Shown: positions 45,730 through 54,827 of the stretch, in pieces
Layout: every line of letters starts with the position of its first letter
Position numbering within the stretch: position 1 is the stretch's first letter
Notes under the pieces: generated by a model
Seen by the model: the letters and a program-made list of their open reading frames with translations, nothing else
What the model was told of the DNA's origin: nothing
The model's database searches: none
Made by a program: the position numbers and the translations under genes
IMG/VR virus record: IMGVR_UViG_3300037851_000102
Span: 46,389 to 110,388 of that record
From: a virus
Strand: one strand, 5' to 3'
Length of the DNA stretch: 64,000 nt

Positions 45730-46189
45730 TGATTCCAGCAATCTCCACAGAATTGCGATAGCAAGTCTTCAGGACTCGAACAGAGTCCTTGAGCGTTGGT
45801 GGACGAAGAAGTATCAGCGGCCTCTTAAAGATTGGGAAGATCATGTGAGCGAAGAGCTTGTGATCGAGATGCTGGAAGATTTCTATGAAGCACAGCCAGC
45901 CGAAGTTCACAAATTCCTTCTCACAGAAGATGCGAAACAGTCTGGCGAATGGGATGGCCGCGTTTCTCCAGAGCATGAAGATCGAATGAAGAAGGTCTGG
46001 AGCAAGAAGAAACAGGTCGATATCTCAAAATACCAGTCGAAAGATGAGCTAACGCCAGAGCAAGAAGAAGAGATTTTGGCAAACCTTGGAAGAGGATTGC
46101 CTGGATCAAGAGTTGTGACGAAGAAGGGTAACGAAGTGACTCTCGGCAAAGACGATGAATTTGAAGAGAAGTTCGATACTCTCGGCTAA
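45680..46189 (+). CDS. second tail assembly chaperone-like protein
   Basis: RWW.KKY..P; position before TMP. Confidence 0.6.
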   Translation: MAQYKGLNWLLRDKSLDDSSNLHRIAIASLQDSNRVLERWWTKKYQRPLKDWEDHVSEELVIEMLEDFYEAQPAEVHKFLLTEDAKQSGEWDGRVSPEHEDRMKKVWSKKKQVDISKYQSKDELTPEQEEEILANLGRGLPGSRVVTKKGNEVTLGKDDEFEEKFDTLG

Positions 46190-46198
46190 GGAGATGAG

Positions 46199-48508
46199 AT
46201 GGCAAGGACGGCAAAGGTATCGTTGACAGCGGATGTGAGAGGCTTCAAGGGCGCAGTTGATGATGCCAGAAAGTCTCTCGCCTCACTAAAAGATATCGAT
46301 GTCGCGCCAGAGTCGGCCAAGAAGCTCAAAGATTTAATTTCAAAAGATTTAATCAAACAAGCTGATACCGTCAAAACTAAGATGGAAGAGATCTCTGTCA
46401 ATCTTGAGAAGATTGCCAGCGGTCAAGAGGCGTTTGATTCTCGAAAAGTCGTCAACTACACAGCGGCTTTAAAAAATCTCAAGCAACAATTGAAAGACAT
46501 CAATACCGAGCAGGCCAATGTTGATAAGGGCGCGTTCGGCGATTTCAAAGATAAATTCATGGGCTCTCAGATTCCTGGAATGGGTGGAGCCAAGGGCGGC
46601 GGCGGTAAAGGCATTATGGGATCGCTTGGCGGTCTCAAGAGCTTGATTGCTCCTGTTCTTGGTGCGCTTGGTGTGCGAGCCATGTTTGGCCGTGCAACGG
46701 GAATTGCAGATGAGAGATTGGCTCAAAGAGCTTTGACGAGAGATGCAGGATACGTTGGCGAAGATTCAAAGTATGGATATTTGCCAAGCGAGCGCCGTCA
46801 ATCAGCGGCCATGTTCGCTTCTCAGGCGGGCGCTATTGATTCAGGAAGATTGACTGGCCTTGTTGATATGGGCGAGCAGATTGAACGCGCCTACGGGGTT
46901 AAGAGAGAGGATTCTGCATCATTTACTGGAGCGGCTCGAAGAGCGGGTGTGAGTGACACTGGTAAGGCTCTTTCAAACTCAATCGGTGCAGCGGTCGCCG
47001 CAGGATTAGAGGGCTCGAAGATCGGCGAATACTTGAATGGTATGCGCGGATTTATGGAAGAGATGTCTCAAGGAATCAATGTTGATAATGATTCTTTGAA
47101 CGGTTTCGCAGCGGCGATGGGCACACTTCCGTTTTTCAAAAACGATCCAAGCAGAATTTTTTCTGCATTGAGATCAATGGATCAAACATTTAAAGGCGGA
47201 GATCGATTCCAGCAAGCGATGGGCACAAGAGCGATTCTTGCGTCAGCACCTGGAGCTTCTGCATCTGCAACAGAATTCCGTCGCAGCATGGGCTTATTTG
47301 GTGAGCTTGATGAAGGCACACTGAAACAGCTTGATGCCGCAGGCGTTGATACTCGCGCAATGAGAGTTGGCGGCGCAGATGTCGTGAGCAATATGTTCAA
47401 AGACATCATGTCTTCAACAGAGGGCATGAGTCCAGATGACCAATTGTACGCATTCCAACAAAGAACAGGATTGGAAGCTGGGCCCGCAGCGGAGATCTTT
47501 GCACAATTGAAATCTGGAAGACCTGATATGAAGGGCATTTCAGACAAGCTCAAAGAAGCTGCGATGAGCCCTGAAGAAAGATTGAATAAAACATTTAAGA
47601 ACGCTGAGGGCTCAATCAAAGATCTCGAGGCAAAAATTGATCGATTGATCGAAGTTATTTCGATGGAACTTGTTCCGCCACTTGTAAAGTTTGTTCAATG
47701 GATCACAAGCAAGATGGGACAGGCTGAAGGACTTTTTGATACCGTTCAAAATACTGGAGAAACTGTCGCGACAGGCGCGATGATGGCTGGCGGATTGTAC
47801 GCTGGATCGAAAGCGATGGGTGCGGCTGGAGCCGTTGCGAAATCTGCTCCTGGCAAAGCCGTTGGCAGAGGATTACAGAAATTTGGCGGCAAAGCGGCTC
47901 AAAAAGTTTTACCAAAAACTTTGGCAAAAGGTGGAGCGAAAGCTGTTGGTCAAGCGATCCCATTTGTGGGCAACGCGATCAACGCTGTGGCCGCTTATCA
48001 AAAATATCAAGAGATTGAAGATAAGGGTGGATGGGACAAGGCAAGCAAGGCTGATAAAGCCGCATTGATGGCCTATGGCGGTGGAACGCTATTCCCTTGG
48101 CTTGGATGGGCTGGTCTTGGTGCAGATGTTTATTCTGACTTCCAAGGCGGCGGAGACGCTGGGCCTCAAGCCCCTGCGGGCGGCGGAGCAATGATGCCGA
48201 CTCCTTCTGACAAGATGGCGACTGGCGGATTCGATATCAACAACATTACAAATCCAACGAGTGCTTTAAGCTCTCCTCTTTCTCCTCAAGTTGGATCTCC
48301 GATGATTCCGCCATCGATTGCGGCACCGAGAGCATCGGCTCCATCACTTCCTTCTGTTTCTCTTGAGGACACAATCACTCGCGAAAACACCATTGCGATT
48401 CAAGGTCTCACGCAGGCGATTATTCGCACAAAGCCAAACGCATACACGCCGAATCCTTCATACGCGAACCCAACAAGGATGAATGAGCGGGCAGTGGGCA
48501 AGAGGTAA
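46199..48508 (+). CDS. tape measure protein
   Basis: Ala/Gly-rich helical protein; position after chaperones. Confidence 0.8.
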   Translation: MARTAKVSLTADVRGFKGAVDDARKSLASLKDIDVAPESAKKLKDLISKDLIKQADTVKTKMEEISVNLEKIASGQEAFDSRKVVNYTAALKNLKQQLKDINTEQANVDKGAFGDFKDKFMGSQIPGMGGAKGGGGKGIMGSLGGLKSLIAPVLGALGVRAMFGRATGIADERLAQRALTRDAGYVGEDSKYGYLPSERRQSAAMFASQAGAIDSGRLTGLVDMGEQIERAYGVKREDSASFTGAARRAGVSDTGKALSNSIGAAVAAGLEGSKIGEYLNGMRGFMEEMSQGINVDNDSLNGFAAAMGTLPFFKNDPSRIFSALRSMDQTFKGGDRFQQAMGTRAILASAPGASASATEFRRSMGLFGELDEGTLKQLDAAGVDTRAMRVGGADVVSNMFKDIMSSTEGMSPDDQLYAFQQRTGLEAGPAAEIFAQLKSGRPDMKGISDKLKEAAMSPEERLNKTFKNAEGSIKDLEAKIDRLIEVISMELVPPLVKFVQWITSKMGQAEGLFDTVQNTGETVATGAMMAGGLYAGSKAMGAAGAVAKSAPGKAVGRGLQKFGGKAAQKVLPKTLAKGGAKAVGQAIPFVGNAINAVAAYQKYQEIEDKGGWDKASKADKAALMAYGGGTLFPWLGWAGLGADVYSDFQGGGDAGPQAPAGGGAMMPTPSDKMATGGFDINNITNPTSALSSPLSPQVGSPMIPPSIAAPRASAPSLPSVSLEDTITRENTIAIQGLTQAIIRTKPNAYTPNPSYANPTRMNERAVGKR

Positions 48509-48511
48509 CGA

Positions 48512-50440
48512 GTGGCAATTTCAAAATCTCTTGATAGAAGACAGAGCGACAAGACAACAGTGTTCAGAGGATTCCCTCTTGCAGATCGCGCAATCGCGAC
48601 AAGAACATCGTATGCAAAGATCGTTTATTATCACTACAAGAAACAAAACTTCGGCAAGCCAACAAATCTTCGAGATGGCGGAGAGCCGTTTCTTGGCGTC
48701 GAAGTCGGCGTGATCGATAACGACATTGATTCAATTCAGGTTTCAAAATCAATCCAAGCTGCGAGTGGAACTTTTGAGTTCTCTCTCCTTCCAAGTCAAA
48801 ACTGGAAGGGAGTTTTATCTCCTGGCGATTGGGTTTTAATTTATTTGTTCAACGAATTCCAAGCCGAAGGCGAGCCGCAAGACACTCGAAACTGCCTTAT
48901 GATCGGCAACATTGATCGCGTTTCTCGCTCGCTACAAAGAGATGAAGATGAGGACAAAGTTTCACTTCGTTATCGTGTGGCAGGAAGAAACTTCGGCAAA
49001 GTGTTTGAAGAAACTGATCTCTGGTATGATCCATACGCAGAGCAGGTGAACACTCTTGATGTTGCTTTGAGAAATGCAGGATTAGAAATTCTCGGCAATC
49101 CAACAGATCTCGTTTCAAACCTTGTGGACATATTCTTGGGCTCTGGCGGACAAACGGCAAGCGGAGCGACTTCAGACTTGAAGCCGTGGAGAATTCCATC
49201 TCTTCTTGCTGGCAAACTTGGAGCGACTATCGCAGGTGTTTTGAATAGTAATTCTCCCGAACTCTTGAGCCTCTTGGGGACTACGGTCAGCGGAGCGGGC
49301 TCAATAAGCTCTGAAGACAAGTTTTATGATATTTTAAAAACAGACATTCAAGATGAGCTTCCTGGATTCAAAGCTCGCGAAATGCTCACAGTGGATTCAA
49401 ACGGATCTCTGTGGGACATGATTAAGCGAAATTCAAATGAGCTTGTGAACGAAGTTTATCTTGAAGAAGTTCGCAACACGGATGGAACGATCAATCCAAC
49501 GCTGGTATTGAAGCCGCGTCCAATTCAAACTCCTTTCTTTGAAGATCTCTTCACAGTTGGTGAACCGCCAAGGACTCCGCCTGTCGAGAAAGATGTTACT
49601 TATCGAATCAAGCAGGGAGACACACTTGGCAGGATCGCCAAGCAATACGGCACAACAGTAAAAGAAATCGTGAAGCTCAATCCAAGCATCACGAATCCAG
49701 ATCTTATTTATCCGAACACAACGATTGTTGTGAAAAAAGAAAAAGAGATTCCAAAGAAGCAAAAGGTTGAGGATGCAAAATTATCGAAGCTCAACGGTGC
49801 TTATAAATCTTTACAAGATCTTGCGAAAGAAAACTTCGTTGAAATATCTCAAGCAGAAATCAAGTACGAAGATATCGGTAAAGATGACCATTCAAGAATG
49901 AATCTTTTTTGGATGAGAACTCCTGAAAGCAGAGAGAAAAACATTTCTCACATGGCGAATCAGGGTCAACCAAAGACGATTTCAAATCCAGTATTCGTGC
50001 GCGAATCAATTCAAAGACACGGCCTGAAGAGATTGGATCAGGTTCTTGAGTTTTGTTACGCAAAAGAACAGGGCGTGACAGGTTCAACAGAGATCGAGCT
50101 TTGGAAGGCATTCATGGCGCAGCTTTATGATATGCACTTCGCAAATCATCTTTACGATGCTGGCACATTGGTCTGCACTGGCGTTCTTGAAGCAGAGCTT
50201 GGCAAAGCATTGATCGTAAAATCTGCGCAAGATCAAACTCCTGATAAGGTTTATTTCATTGAAGGATATCAGCACGAATGGAGATTGAGAGAGGGCTGGT
50301 CAACGACTTTCACAGTGACTCATGGTCAGTGGAAGACCGAAGGCAAAGATATTTTTATTGATATTGCTCCAGAGGACTTCGGCTATCCAGACATCTTGCT
50401 TGCGAATTCTTATATCGCGCAGACTGGAGTATCGAGATGA
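48512..50440 (+). CDS. baseplate hub protein with inserted LysM domain
   Basis: SKSI....GTF.F.L, GNIDRV, GRNFGK; LysM YRIKQGDTLGRIAKQYGTTVKEIVKLNPSITNPDLIYP. Confidence 0.8.
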   Translation: MAISKSLDRRQSDKTTVFRGFPLADRAIATRTSYAKIVYYHYKKQNFGKPTNLRDGGEPFLGVEVGVIDNDIDSIQVSKSIQAASGTFEFSLLPSQNWKGVLSPGDWVLIYLFNEFQAEGEPQDTRNCLMIGNIDRVSRSLQRDEDEDKVSLRYRVAGRNFGKVFEETDLWYDPYAEQVNTLDVALRNAGLEILGNPTDLVSNLVDIFLGSGGQTASGATSDLKPWRIPSLLAGKLGATIAGVLNSNSPELLSLLGTTVSGAGSISSEDKFYDILKTDIQDELPGFKAREMLTVDSNGSLWDMIKRNSNELVNEVYLEEVRNTDGTINPTLVLKPRPIQTPFFEDLFTVGEPPRTPPVEKDVTYRIKQGDTLGRIAKQYGTTVKEIVKLNPSITNPDLIYPNTTIVVKKEKEIPKKQKVEDAKLSKLNGAYKSLQDLAKENFVEISQAEIKYEDIGKDDHSRMNLFWMRTPESREKNISHMANQGQPKTISNPVFVRESIQRHGLKRLDQVLEFCYAKEQGVTGSTEIELWKAFMAQLYDMHFANHLYDAGTLVCTGVLEAELGKALIVKSAQDQTPDKVYFIEGYQHEWRLREGWSTTFTVTHGQWKTEGKDIFIDIAPEDFGYPDILLANSYIAQTGVSR

Positions 50441-51528
50441 CGAGATATCTTCCAGATGGCACACCGATACCGAGTTCAGTTCCAACTTCACTAAGAAGAG
50501 AGCGCGAGCATGAAAAGATGTTCGGCATTTATCGCGGCGTAATTGTTCGCGCAGTTTATCCAGATGATCCAAAAAATACGACCAAAGATCGCATGGAGTA
50601 TGTGGTCAAGGTGCGCGGGCAAGAGTATCCGAATGCAATTAACATCCGTGAAGCTGGCGGCCAGTACAACTATCAAGAAAGAGTTCGCAAAGGTATTGAG
50701 AAATCGAAATCCAATAAAATCTCAAAGGGAACATTCGATGAGCTTGTGGATGGAGAACACGTCTTCGTTGCGTTTCTCGAAGGATACGGCAATTCTCCCT
50801 TGATACTTGGTGGATCAGAGCATCCACTTCATTCTGCGTACAAGAAGCCAAAGAAAGAAGATGGACTCTTCGACATTGAAGAGTTCAACGGTGTTGAATT
50901 TTTAATTGATAAAGATTCAAACTACATCATCAAACAGGTCGGAAGAAAAGATCCTGCGGGCAAAGTTTTAAACGAAGCCGCAGTTGGCGCGTTCATCAAG
51001 ATGTTCGGCATAGGCGATATTGAGTTGAACACTCATGGAACTGAGGGCACTGCCGATCTGCGAATGAAATTCAACAAAGAGACCAAAAAGTTTGAACTCT
51101 ACGCGCAGGACAACAAAATCATCATCGATGAAAACGGAATCATCATCGAAGATAAGTTTACAAATAAAGTCGAAATGAAAGATGGCATGGTCAACGTGAC
51201 GGTCGCTGGAGATGCGAACATCAATGTTGACGGCAATACAACTGTGAACTCGAAAGATGTGACTGTGAATGCCGATGGAGCCGCTACTATTAACGCCACT
51301 GGCGATGTAACGGTATCTGGCGACGGCAAAGGCACCTTTAAAGGCACTGGCGGCACAGATGTCGGCGATGGTGGATCACCAACAAAGGTTGATGGTGTGA
51401 CTGTTGCTCTGGCTGGCGGCGGTTCGCCTGTCGCTCGATTGGGCGATATGGTCGTGGGCACTGGTAACTTGGGCGCTCCAGTCGTTTCACAAATCCTTCA
51501 GGGTTCACCAAAGGTAACGAGCGGATAA
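50437..51528 (+). CDS. baseplate central spike (gpV/gp5-like)
   Basis: OB fold (GEHVFVAFLEG...PLILG), beta-helix repeats, PAAR-like PVARLGD...GSPKV end. Confidence 0.8.
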   Translation: MTRYLPDGTPIPSSVPTSLRREREHEKMFGIYRGVIVRAVYPDDPKNTTKDRMEYVVKVRGQEYPNAINIREAGGQYNYQERVRKGIEKSKSNKISKGTFDELVDGEHVFVAFLEGYGNSPLILGGSEHPLHSAYKKPKKEDGLFDIEEFNGVEFLIDKDSNYIIKQVGRKDPAGKVLNEAAVGAFIKMFGIGDIELNTHGTEGTADLRMKFNKETKKFELYAQDNKIIIDENGIIIEDKFTNKVEMKDGMVNVTVAGDANINVDGNTTVNSKDVTVNADGAATINATGDVTVSGDGKGTFKGTGGTDVGDGGSPTKVDGVTVALAGGGSPVARLGDMVVGTGNLGAPVVSQILQGSPKVTSG

Positions 51529-52961
51529 TGGCATTAACTTTTACAGATCCACAGATTGTTGAACTTACGCAGGCGATGGTTGATTATCCAGTCAATCTCG
51601 CTTCTGCAAATTCTGATTTGGCAAACGCGAATGCGAATCAGGCGAAGATTCTTTCAAAAGATCAATCCAACACTGTTTTTACAAACAACTGGATAAACAT
51701 CATCGCTCAGTATCACGCAGAGCTAAAATATCTGAATGGAATCCTGCGAACTGATTATAATCCTGCGGACATTGATCCCGCTGGAAGATTGACCGATCCA
51801 AACATTCACTTCATCACTTCGCCGATTTGGGTGAACTTCCAGCCTGGAGTCGCAGCTTCAAATCTTGGCAATCCAACTTCTGCGTGGACTCAGACAGAGA
51901 ACGCTGCGATTACGACTGCAAATACGAATATCACGCTTTTGAAAGCTGGCTTCACAGATGGAGCGGCTAACACGACAACGACCGCCGCATTTATCGTGGA
52001 CACTGTTGCAGTAACTTCTGCGGCAGGCTTTTCAATTGGCAATCGTGTGATCTTCATTTCTGGCTCAAACTATCTGTATGGAACGATCACCAACATTGCT
52101 GGTCTGAACGTCACGGTCACAATAATTTCTGCCAACGCCTCTTATGCTGGAATCGCAAGCGGCGCGACAATGAAGAACTTTGACGATGGCTGGACGCTTG
52201 CTGAACGAGAATCTGGAGTTGGATCTTCGGCTGGAGATTCGGCTTTCATGGCGGCAATAAAAACAATCATCGATACGAATGTCGGCGATTGGGAGACTCG
52301 ATTAAACGCCGAGCTTGCAGCTTTGAATTTAAACGATGCCACAGGTGCAGAGGCCACGCAGATAACCGCTGCGAAGGGTCTTGTAAACGGTCACAAAACG
52401 ACGATTGATACTTGGCAGGCATTCCCTTCAACTGGCGTGGGCACAAGCAGATTTGGAACGAATTTGCCAGCACTGGAGACGGCTCTTGGTGCGAGACCTG
52501 CACAGATCACAGCAAGGATTCCAGAAATCACAGGAGCCCTTGGAACGCTATCGCAAGCGGGCGATGGATCTTTCTCAGGAGCAGGACAGTATTTTAATTT
52601 ATTTGATAATTTGAACACTCGTTTGAACAAGGCGGGTGGAACATTGAGGACGTATTACGATTCAGGTCTTGCGGTCACTCTTTTCAGTCAAATGATAACG
52701 AACCTGACAAATCAGTACAACCGAGATTCGGCAATCTGGCTTGTTCAGGTCTTTAGTGCGGATGCGACTGGAACGAACACGGTCACACTTACAAGCGTCA
52801 CTGGCTTGGCGGTGTCCGATACGGTCAAGGTCTGCTCGAAGACACAGCCTGTTATTGATGCAACAATCACAGGAATTTCAGGGCTGGATGTCACTCTGAG
52901 TGTGACGATCCCGAGTACATATAAATCTGGAGAGAGTGCGCGGATTGTGAAGGAATTGTAA
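51528..52961 (+). CDS. virion structural protein
   Basis: Thr/Ala/Asn-rich, baseplate context. Confidence 0.55.
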   Translation: MALTFTDPQIVELTQAMVDYPVNLASANSDLANANANQAKILSKDQSNTVFTNNWINIIAQYHAELKYLNGILRTDYNPADIDPAGRLTDPNIHFITSPIWVNFQPGVAASNLGNPTSAWTQTENAAITTANTNITLLKAGFTDGAANTTTTAAFIVDTVAVTSAAGFSIGNRVIFISGSNYLYGTITNIAGLNVTVTIISANASYAGIASGATMKNFDDGWTLAERESGVGSSAGDSAFMAAIKTIIDTNVGDWETRLNAELAALNLNDATGAEATQITAAKGLVNGHKTTIDTWQAFPSTGVGTSRFGTNLPALETALGARPAQITARIPEITGALGTLSQAGDGSFSGAGQYFNLFDNLNTRLNKAGGTLRTYYDSGLAVTLFSQMITNLTNQYNRDSAIWLVQVFSADATGTNTVTLTSVTGLAVSDTVKVCSKTQPVIDATITGISGLDVTLSVTIPSTYKSGESARIVKEL

Positions 52962-52978
52962 TCCGATGAGGGTGGAGA

Positions 52979-54826
52979 ATGGGATTTACTGATTTAATCA
53001 AAAGCATTGAAAAGAGCTTCACAGGTGCGGTGGATTCTCTGCTTGGCAGGACTAAGGGCGCAAGAAAGTGGCCGAATGAGTTCAAGCCAGTCACCAACGA
53101 TCCTGGATACAACGATGGTTCTTGGCGAACGGCCAAGAGCTATTCTTTCAATGTGGTTCAGGTGAAGGGTTCGACGATCATCAATTCTCCAGCACAGGGC
53201 TGGCAAGAGTTTGAGCTTCAGATCAATCCGCAAGAGCTTCAGCAAGATGAAGTCTTCGCCATTCAAGTGACTCCGACATTGCGTGGGGTTTTGGTGGAGC
53301 ATCAAGGTGTTCTCATCAAAGATATCACCGTGTCTGGAACCACAGGCGTTTCTCCGCTTCGTAAAGAAGGTGGAGCGAAATCGCAATCAGGCAATCCAGT
53401 CCTTGCAAGCGGACATTCTGGTTATGAAGAGTTTCATGAGCTTCGCTCTTATTTCAGAGCGTATGCAGAAGCAAAGAGACAAGATGCCGCTGGCGAACTG
53501 AGAATGGTTTTTACGAATCGAAAAGATTCTGAATCAATCTTTGTTGAGCCTCAAAAGTTTACGATGAAGAGATCGGCATCAAAGCCGTTCATGTACGATT
53601 ACACGATTGTTCTTAAAGGCATCGGGAATGCTGAGTTTAAAAAACAAAACTCTGCCGCGTTTCTTCCTGCGCTTGAGGCGATTGATAAGGCTCTTGATTA
53701 CATCGCGTATGGAACTCAGGTTATCAATGGCTCAATCGGCTTGATCCGAAGAACTGAGCGAGACATCACTTCAACGCTCCTTGATCCATTGAAGCAAATC
53801 AATCTCGCTCTGATCGCAATCAAGGGCGGTAAAGCTGTTGATCTTTCTCCTTTTGGAATCACACGAAGATTCATGGAGAACTTTGAAAAAGAATGTAGAA
53901 GGATTGAGGCCAACTTCAACGATGTCCTTGGAAGAGATACTGCATCCTACAACGCGGCCACTGGTCGCGTTTCGACGTTGAGAGGCTCATCTGGCCGTCA
54001 ATCAACATATCAAGAATTGAAAGTTTTAAATGCACTCAACATTTTGAAGAAGATGAGCAACACGATCATCGCACAGCCAAAGCTATTTGCGAATGATCCA
54101 AACAAGCAATCAAAAGCTGCCGAAGCTGTTTACCAGAGTAGGACTCTTGGAACAGATGGAACTTTGAAATATGTGAACGAAGGCAATCTCTCTCTTTCAC
54201 GTCCATCAAACGTAAAGTCCATCGCAGTTGGCGGTGGAGACACGCTTCAGGTGATTGCGGCAAGAGAGCTTGGAGATCCAGATCGCTTCAAAGAAATCGT
54301 TCTTTTGAACAATCTGAAGCCGCCATACATTTCTGAAACTGGCGGGCCTGGAGTTTTGAAACCTGGCGATCCTCTTTTGATTCCAAAAGCAGGCGAAGGC
54401 GGTGGAGACACTGGCGTTCGCATGAACAAGGATTACGAAATCGCTCGCGATCTTGAATTCTCAAAGAAGTCTCTCGGTGTAGATATTCGTCTTGATGATG
54501 AATATGACATCGTGTTTGCAAACTTCGGAGATTACGATTTGGTCGCTGGAATTGAGAATATGGCTCAGGCAATTTTACTTAAAATCTTGTACGAGAATGG
54601 ATCTTTGAAGAGGCATCCGCAAATTGGTGCTTCACTTGGAATCGGCGGCAAGGTGAGAGATTTGAACATCACAAGAGCAAATCTTTTGGCTTCTTTAAAT
54701 TCAGATACTCGCGTTGATAGCGTTCCATATCTGTCTTTGAAGCAAGAAGGAAGCACAACAATTATTGAAGCGGCGATCAAGGTTGTCGGAACTGCACAGC
54801 CTGTCCCTGTAACTGTAGAGGTGTAA
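52979..54826 (+). CDS. tube-initiator/LysM plus gp25-like baseplate fusion protein
   Basis: INPQE, ITVSGTTG; GDTLQVIAARELGD...IVLLNNL (LysM-like); G.ENMAQAI...G.LKRHP.IG, DTRV (gp25-like). Confidence 0.7.
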   Translation: MGFTDLIKSIEKSFTGAVDSLLGRTKGARKWPNEFKPVTNDPGYNDGSWRTAKSYSFNVVQVKGSTIINSPAQGWQEFELQINPQELQQDEVFAIQVTPTLRGVLVEHQGVLIKDITVSGTTGVSPLRKEGGAKSQSGNPVLASGHSGYEEFHELRSYFRAYAEAKRQDAAGELRMVFTNRKDSESIFVEPQKFTMKRSASKPFMYDYTIVLKGIGNAEFKKQNSAAFLPALEAIDKALDYIAYGTQVINGSIGLIRRTERDITSTLLDPLKQINLALIAIKGGKAVDLSPFGITRRFMENFEKECRRIEANFNDVLGRDTASYNAATGRVSTLRGSSGRQSTYQELKVLNALNILKKMSNTIIAQPKLFANDPNKQSKAAEAVYQSRTLGTDGTLKYVNEGNLSLSRPSNVKSIAVGGGDTLQVIAARELGDPDRFKEIVLLNNLKPPYISETGGPGVLKPGDPLLIPKAGEGGGDTGVRMNKDYEIARDLEFSKKSLGVDIRLDDEYDIVFANFGDYDLVAGIENMAQAILLKILYENGSLKRHPQIGASLGIGGKVRDLNITRANLLASLNSDTRVDSVPYLSLKQEGSTTIIEAAIKVVGTAQPVPVTVEV

Positions 54827-54827
54827 T

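Noticed and set aside
24512-47619. Long minus-strand ORFs (24512-25150, 27020-27784, 34605-35279, 40119-40781 and others)
   Set aside because: Antisense shadows of well-supported plus-strand genes, with no motifs or RBS, unlike the HNH at 19110.
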